Part shown: positions 60,401 to 64,000 of the stretch, piece after piece | Layout of the letters: every line of letters starts with the position of its first letter | Numbering within the stretch: position 1 is the first letter of the stretch | Made by a program: the position numbers and the translations under genes | Source of the DNA: a bacterium | GTDB taxonomy: Bacteria; UBA8248 | Direction of reading: 5' to 3' | Assembly: GCA_965213625.1 (NCBI GenBank) | Contig: CBDBZU010000004.1 | Coordinates: 3,040,001-3,104,000 of the forward strand | DNA: 64,000 nucleotides | The notes under the pieces: generated by a model | What the model was told of the DNA's origin: nothing | Seen by the model: the letters and a program-made list of their open reading frames with translations, nothing else | Databases searched by the model: none

Positions 60401-61578
60401 CCCACGACTCGTGAAAGCCAGTCGCCCGTCTCACGCATGTCACGGATGTTCGCTTCCAAATACACATCATCTTGAGCCGAGACGTTCCAGAACGAAGGCT
60501 TCGCAATTTTCGCATCCAGAAAAGGCGTTTCGACAAAGAAATTATCGATGCGAGCGGAACCATCGATCGGATTGAATCGGCCCTTAGTCTTCAACTTCAA
60601 CTTGGGCAACGCCAACTTTCGCCAATTTGATCGTTGATTTAATTTGAAATCCGCAAAAATGTTTTTACCGTTCAAATCGATTTCCCAGGCAACTGATTTT
60701 TCCGCGACATACTCGAACTTCAAGTTCCCAGAGAAAATTCCTTGCCTGAATCGATAACCAGGGATTGTCGGCGCCACCGCAGGCAGGACAGACAAATCGA
60801 GCAGGGGCATCTCGAGCGACGCCCGATAACTCGGACCTTTCAAGACAACGCGCGCATTACCTTTCAATTCGATGAGTTGTTGTCCATCCGGCCTCCGGCA
60901 TTTTCCGTCGAGAAAAACGTCCAGGGGCTTACCAGGCGTTATTTTGTCGATTTTAATATGAGCAATAGAACATGACCCATCAAAAGACGGCGCGGCGTCG
61001 CCGGCATCGAATTGCAATTCGACTTTTGTGTCATAAAGGTCGAGTTCGTGAATGTTAATTCTGAACCCTGATTCAGAATCTATCGGGGCACTTTCCGCCG
61101 CCTCGGCGGATTTGATGAATGAAAACGTGTTTTCCGCACTCGTCGAAATCGCTTTGCTTGTTCCCCTATTGAGGTTGTCGATGATGTCCTGGAAATTGAA
61201 TCTGCCGTACGTATCCCGGTGCACGCGGGCGGAGGCGCTATTGATTGTGAGTTGGAGAATGCTGATACGCTTGTAAATCAGGGTCGATGGATTCAGCAGT
61301 ATTTCAACATCGTCGAAACGAACGAAGGGTGTATTGCTCTGCGCCTCGACTTTTTCTGTTCGCCCGCCGATAACGATTCCACTCGCCTCGATCTTGAATA
61401 GTCCCAGTTCCAGCCGCTCGATGGAGACTCTTCGGCCCAGGATTTTTCGCCCTTCTCTCTCTGCGATTCTGATTATCTCGTCAGATGAAAGAAAAATTTG
61501 TGCGGCGACGATCGCAATGACGATAAAAACGAAACATATGCCGGCAACCCAAACCAACCATTTAAGGAATCGATACAT
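57436..61578 (-). CDS. AsmA/DUF748-like repeating beta-groove protein
   Basis: N-terminal TM, LGRRVSI, GRFNFQDI; beta-rich internal repeats; C-terminal DLRKISPY...IELNVQVTGRLDDPEF. Confidence 0.75.
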   Translation of the reverse strand: MYRFLKWLVWVAGICFVFIVIAIVAAQIFLSSDEIIRIAEREGRKILGRRVSIERLELGLFKIEASGIVIGGRTEKVEAQSNTPFVRFDDVEILLNPSTLIYKRISILQLTINSASARVHRDTYGRFNFQDIIDNLNRGTSKAISTSAENTFSFIKSAEAAESAPIDSESGFRINIHELDLYDTKVELQFDAGDAAPSFDGSCSIAHIKIDKITPGKPLDVFLDGKCRRPDGQQLIELKGNARVVLKGPSYRASLEMPLLDLSVLPAVAPTIPGYRFRQGIFSGNLKFEYVAEKSVAWEIDLNGKNIFADFKLNQRSNWRKLALPKLKLKTKGRFNPIDGSARIDNFFVETPFLDAKIAKPSFWNVSAQDDVYLEANIRDMRETGDWLSRVVGIDLRGFQERATARVIISAKRVRKKTDDFVQVEVESRFDPVGLDRFDKLIPPVDHVSKIKGKVGGRARIVLVSGERVGWDVALEIRDFGAKVRMDKRNQWKALSLGKTVLHSRGNIDTKNVSASINTLEIKLPFAMAKLKKPAKWNVNSNDEAAFSIEVRDFPSANDFLQRLDLVSLGDVPRGAKLNFDVAVSRNRKTLSAFKADVNARFVSLQVAPLLDLAPLSAYVQKATGRVSGELQVSSAPGGVLQWKADIVGKNLGARARLISEEKPRRVVLESMGIQSSGIYSASKEFAEIQTLGLRLPFARMYLNRKALWNKEGRDVFSLTIDVTDLSTAEVWLGELLEHPIKAGPKNEKLKISLSGMRDRKNGSGFSYKGSASFNPLRVSHWVKFVGLPPVVREPVGKIGGALEFSYAPGKRVNWNIGLTSENLSGEFLTLMSRDWKKVRTGKFSVKTVGAYDFQNQSGKLQSLNLNMPFGYIRTSRPVSWSMHGVESGRIQWAVSSLEGAARLAGSIWGAPISEFTLAGVANGSMKFLRSSKNAQSISTNWSFAANFSSLAHVTYPNLKVAGGFSGHGDDDAIKIRIPTLKTINFKKPNSEPDVILRDLSASLNRSSISRGEIRSPSVRINKLNIRYVRHEKGTTNFDSLLEVAERGEKRAQRMKNGEKGTTARGKKLPVPPLSSDAKVGSGKRLKGENLRNAPLFPVVKIEKFEVARMGFHFQDFIAADKPPVIVKVPDAKLSVRNLDTLMAPSLRETRLEFKTLGQSPSILAKANLNPGSAPPDADGIFNLSHFDLRKISPYIRDSKGESASALLMRGSEITRGALDFKSTYSLRKSQLKLDGKAKLIGLRMKPDETFPLVDIVVKLLRETVFRLFERPDDTIELNVQVTGRLDDPEFHVLDAIVEPLFVNLFEKALNLGGNVKDIVTGILGTAIEGVQKIVPIPKDSRTSPDKNSGKEAEKNKLEQFGKNLEKTLQKGLRGLFGVK

Positions 61579-61650
61579 AGAGGACTCATGTCGGAAATAC
61601 GGAAAGCGGCTCATTGCTCATAAAAAATATTGCGGATTTCACACCACCTC

Positions 61651-61670
61651 CTGCTAATATATATTAGCAG
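61651..61670. promoter_or_regulatory. Perfect palindrome in a divergent promoter region (putative operator)
   Basis: CTGCTAATAT|ATATTAGCAG between the AsmA-like and MFS genes. Confidence 0.5.
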
Positions 61671-61739
61671 AACACAAAATAAATTGTTTCTCCTGTGATA
61701 TTGACAGCAGATACATTCTCCATTTGATAAAGCGCCTAT

Positions 61740-63035
61740 ATGAAGAAAAATCATGATAGCCCAATTGCAAATCATCCCATTTTGAAGCCGAAACAAGGGC
61801 GAGAAGTTTTTTCCTGGTGTATGTACGACTTTGCAAACTCAGCTTTTCCGACACTAATCATTACAGTTGCATATAGCGTCTATTTCAAGACAATCGTAGC
61901 CGGCGGAGGCGGGAAAGGAGACTTCCTATGGGGGGTAGCACTCTCGGTAGCCATGATTTTAAGCGTGACCATCACCCCGCCTTTGAGCGCGATCGCCGAC
62001 AGGCAAAGCGCTCGGAAACGCTTCTTACTCCTTTTCGCCTATATTTGCGTATTAGCCACCGCTCTACTGGCGAATGTAACCTCTGGGATGATCTTCGCCG
62101 GAATGGCAATTTTTATCATCGCCACCGCTGCATTCGAAAGTTCCCTCATCTTTTACAACTCTTTTTTACCCGATGTCTCCGTGCCGAAAACCATCGGCAA
62201 GATAAGTGGCTGGGGTTGGGGACTTGGTTATATGGGCGGATTACTCTGTCTTTTTCTGGTTAAACCATTTTTGGCCGGGGGGTTCTCGCCGGAAAACCTT
62301 CCTTTGTTCCGCATGAGCTTCGTTGCGGTCGCCGGGTTTTATGGTCTATTCACGATTCCGTTGATTTTTTGGCTTCGAGAAGCCCCGAAAAATAATACAA
62401 ACCCAAGCGAAAAAAGCGTTTTCGCTGAATTATGGAAAACACTACGGGACACGAGAAAGACTCCCGGCGCGCTCAGGTTCCTAATTGCCTTTTTTCTCTA
62501 TAACGATGGAATTGTCACCGTCATCTCTTTCAGTTCGATCTATGCGGTCTCTACGCTGAATTTCAGCATGGGCGAAGTATTGAGTCTCTTTATCATGGTT
62601 CAAGTCTCGGCAGGCGTCGGCGCGTTTGCGCTCGGATATCTGGTGGATGCCTGGGGACCGCGAAAAACGATTCTACTGACTCTGGTGAATTGGTGTGTCG
62701 TCGTCATCGTGGCCTATTTCACGGAAACGAAATATGTCTTCCTGGGCGTCTCGTTGCTGGCGGGGCTTTCCCTCGGTTCCAGCCAATCAGCAAGCCGCGC
62801 CCTGATGGCCAGCTACATTCCAGAGAAAAAAACCGCACAATCATTTTCGTTTTACGGGATTTGCGGCAAAATGAGTTCAGTTCTCGGTCCACTTGTTTTC
62901 GGCGGTGTTTCCGCGCTTACTGGAGAGCAAAGAACAGCAATATTATCCGTGCTCGTCTTTTTCCTTGTAGGCGGCGCCTTGCTATGGCTAACGCCTGAAA
63001 CCAGGAATTCGACTCTGCATAGCCGGAGGACATGA
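61740..63035 (+). CDS. MFS transporter, UMF1/Atg22 family
   Basis: SWCMYDFANSAF, FYNSFLP, ISGWGWGLGYMGG, FLYNDG, QSASRA. Confidence 0.92.
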   Translation: MKKNHDSPIANHPILKPKQGREVFSWCMYDFANSAFPTLIITVAYSVYFKTIVAGGGGKGDFLWGVALSVAMILSVTITPPLSAIADRQSARKRFLLLFAYICVLATALLANVTSGMIFAGMAIFIIATAAFESSLIFYNSFLPDVSVPKTIGKISGWGWGLGYMGGLLCLFLVKPFLAGGFSPENLPLFRMSFVAVAGFYGLFTIPLIFWLREAPKNNTNPSEKSVFAELWKTLRDTRKTPGALRFLIAFFLYNDGIVTVISFSSIYAVSTLNFSMGEVLSLFIMVQVSAGVGAFALGYLVDAWGPRKTILLTLVNWCVVVIVAYFTETKYVFLGVSLLAGLSLGSSQSASRALMASYIPEKKTAQSFSFYGICGKMSSVLGPLVFGGVSALTGEQRTAILSVLVFFLVGGALLWLTPETRNSTLHSRRT

Positions 63036-63073
63036 TATGCTCGCCCACTCCCGTAGAAAGCGCAACATTTTGA

Positions 63074-63475
63074 TTGTTTCGTCCCCTTCGTCCATATCTC
63101 GGAGTAGACTTGGATTTTCGTGAACAGATTTACCAAAGACTGATGTTTCATCTTGGGGAAGTCGATGTTTCGAGAGAAACCGTCGATGCCTTCACATCGG
63201 ACATCGTTCACATCCTTGACCGCATAACACAAAACAGAATTTACGGGGCCAGTTTACGGCAAATTCTACAGCGATACGCCGATGAATGGGCCGAGCAGTC
63301 TTCTCGCAGGATTTTAGATTCTCAAAATGACGAGGCTACGGAAATCGTTTACGAAATGATTGACAGACAAGCCAGAAACCGCGCTATCCGCGCACTCAGG
63401 AAAGCCTTGCTCGAAACGCTGCAAGGCCAGCAAAAACCTTTGGACGATCTCGATTTTTTTGACGAAACCGAATGA
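63074..63475 (+). CDS. Hypothetical protein
   Basis: Helical, charged ORF filling the gap between co-directional genes; start uncertain. Confidence 0.55.
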   Translation: MFRPLRPYLGVDLDFREQIYQRLMFHLGEVDVSRETVDAFTSDIVHILDRITQNRIYGASLRQILQRYADEWAEQSSRRILDSQNDEATEIVYEMIDRQARNRAIRALRKALLETLQGQQKPLDDLDFFDETE

Positions 63476-63496
63476 TTCTCAAGATAGGGGTTCTCG

Positions 63497-63892
63497 ATGC
63501 CAGAAAATAATTTAGCAAAAGAAATCGCAGAACGCAGAGGGCACAGATACCCGGCCCATGAATTTATCGCCGAAAAATTTCCCGACTACATGGAAGCACT
63601 TTTACATCTCGATGAGATCATTCGTGCGAAAGAGAGAAGATTCGATGAAACAATGCATGAACTCTTTCATGTTTTAGCCCTCGCCGTTGAGGGTTCTAAC
63701 CCACATAACCAGCCTCACCTCAAACAACATCTGAAAAAAGGGCTCAAGCTAGGATTGCATCCAGAAGAAATAGCAGAAGCGCTCATGGTCTGTGTAAACC
63801 CTGCAGGCTCGAAGGTGCTCACCTATGGCGTCACTTGCATGCTCGAAGCAATGGATGAACTCAAGGAAGAGGGCTGGAAATACCCCGACTAA
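63497..63892 (+). CDS. Carboxymuconolactone decarboxylase (CMD)-like protein
   Basis: RRGHR...PDY..A, HEL...ALA, HLKKGLKLGLHPEEIAEALMV...AG. Confidence 0.75.
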   Translation: MPENNLAKEIAERRGHRYPAHEFIAEKFPDYMEALLHLDEIIRAKERRFDETMHELFHVLALAVEGSNPHNQPHLKQHLKKGLKLGLHPEEIAEALMVCVNPAGSKVLTYGVTCMLEAMDELKEEGWKYPD

Positions 63893-64000
63893 CAAGACTT
63901 TTATTGGCAATTCTCACGCATCTGCTCGAATCGCTTCCTCACGCAATGGAGAATATATACCGATATATGTAATGGGTGTCGGCGCATCCAACTGATGCGG

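Noticed and set aside
63032-63073. ATG overlapping the MFS stop followed by an in-frame TGA at 63071 (second Sec candidate)
   Set aside because: No redox-motif context, no clear SECIS-like hairpin, and poor RBS spacing.

Overview
Bacterial chromosomal window, gene-dense and mostly minus-strand. The gene style (PxxKW-type protein, IspH-UbiA fusion, AOR, Ig-like lipoprotein) suggests a deltaproteobacteria/Nitrospinota-like lineage, possibly host-associated; this is inference only. From left to right: (1) an uncharacterised catabolic operon (PEP-hydrolase TIM barrel, Tm-1-like ATPase, divergent SdhA/NadB-like flavoprotein, 3-hydroxyisobutyrate-DH-family enzyme, UbiX, small protein, split FdrA, amidase); (2) a MoxR/DUF58/vWA/DUF4175/DUF4159 cluster; (3) NAD-linked formate dehydrogenase, three tandem EamA transporters, several redox/hydrolase genes and a tungsten-type AOR, separated by intergenic regions full of nested REP-like and MITE-like palindromes; (4) from about 39.5 kb, a lower-GC, repeat-free housekeeping block (lutAB/C, glnB-glnD-glnA, ispH-ubiA fusion, trxA, ftsK, AsmA-like, MFS). 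Top observations: an AhpD/CMD-family gene with an in-frame UGA in a CxxU motif followed by a SECIS-like hairpin (probable selenoprotein, split in two by the ORF track); a ~320-350 nt highly structured candidate ncRNA at 38.57-38.92 kb; and a recurring covarying hairpin grafted onto the GTAG end of several different REP families. No transposase, CRISPR array, rRNA or tRNA was seen.
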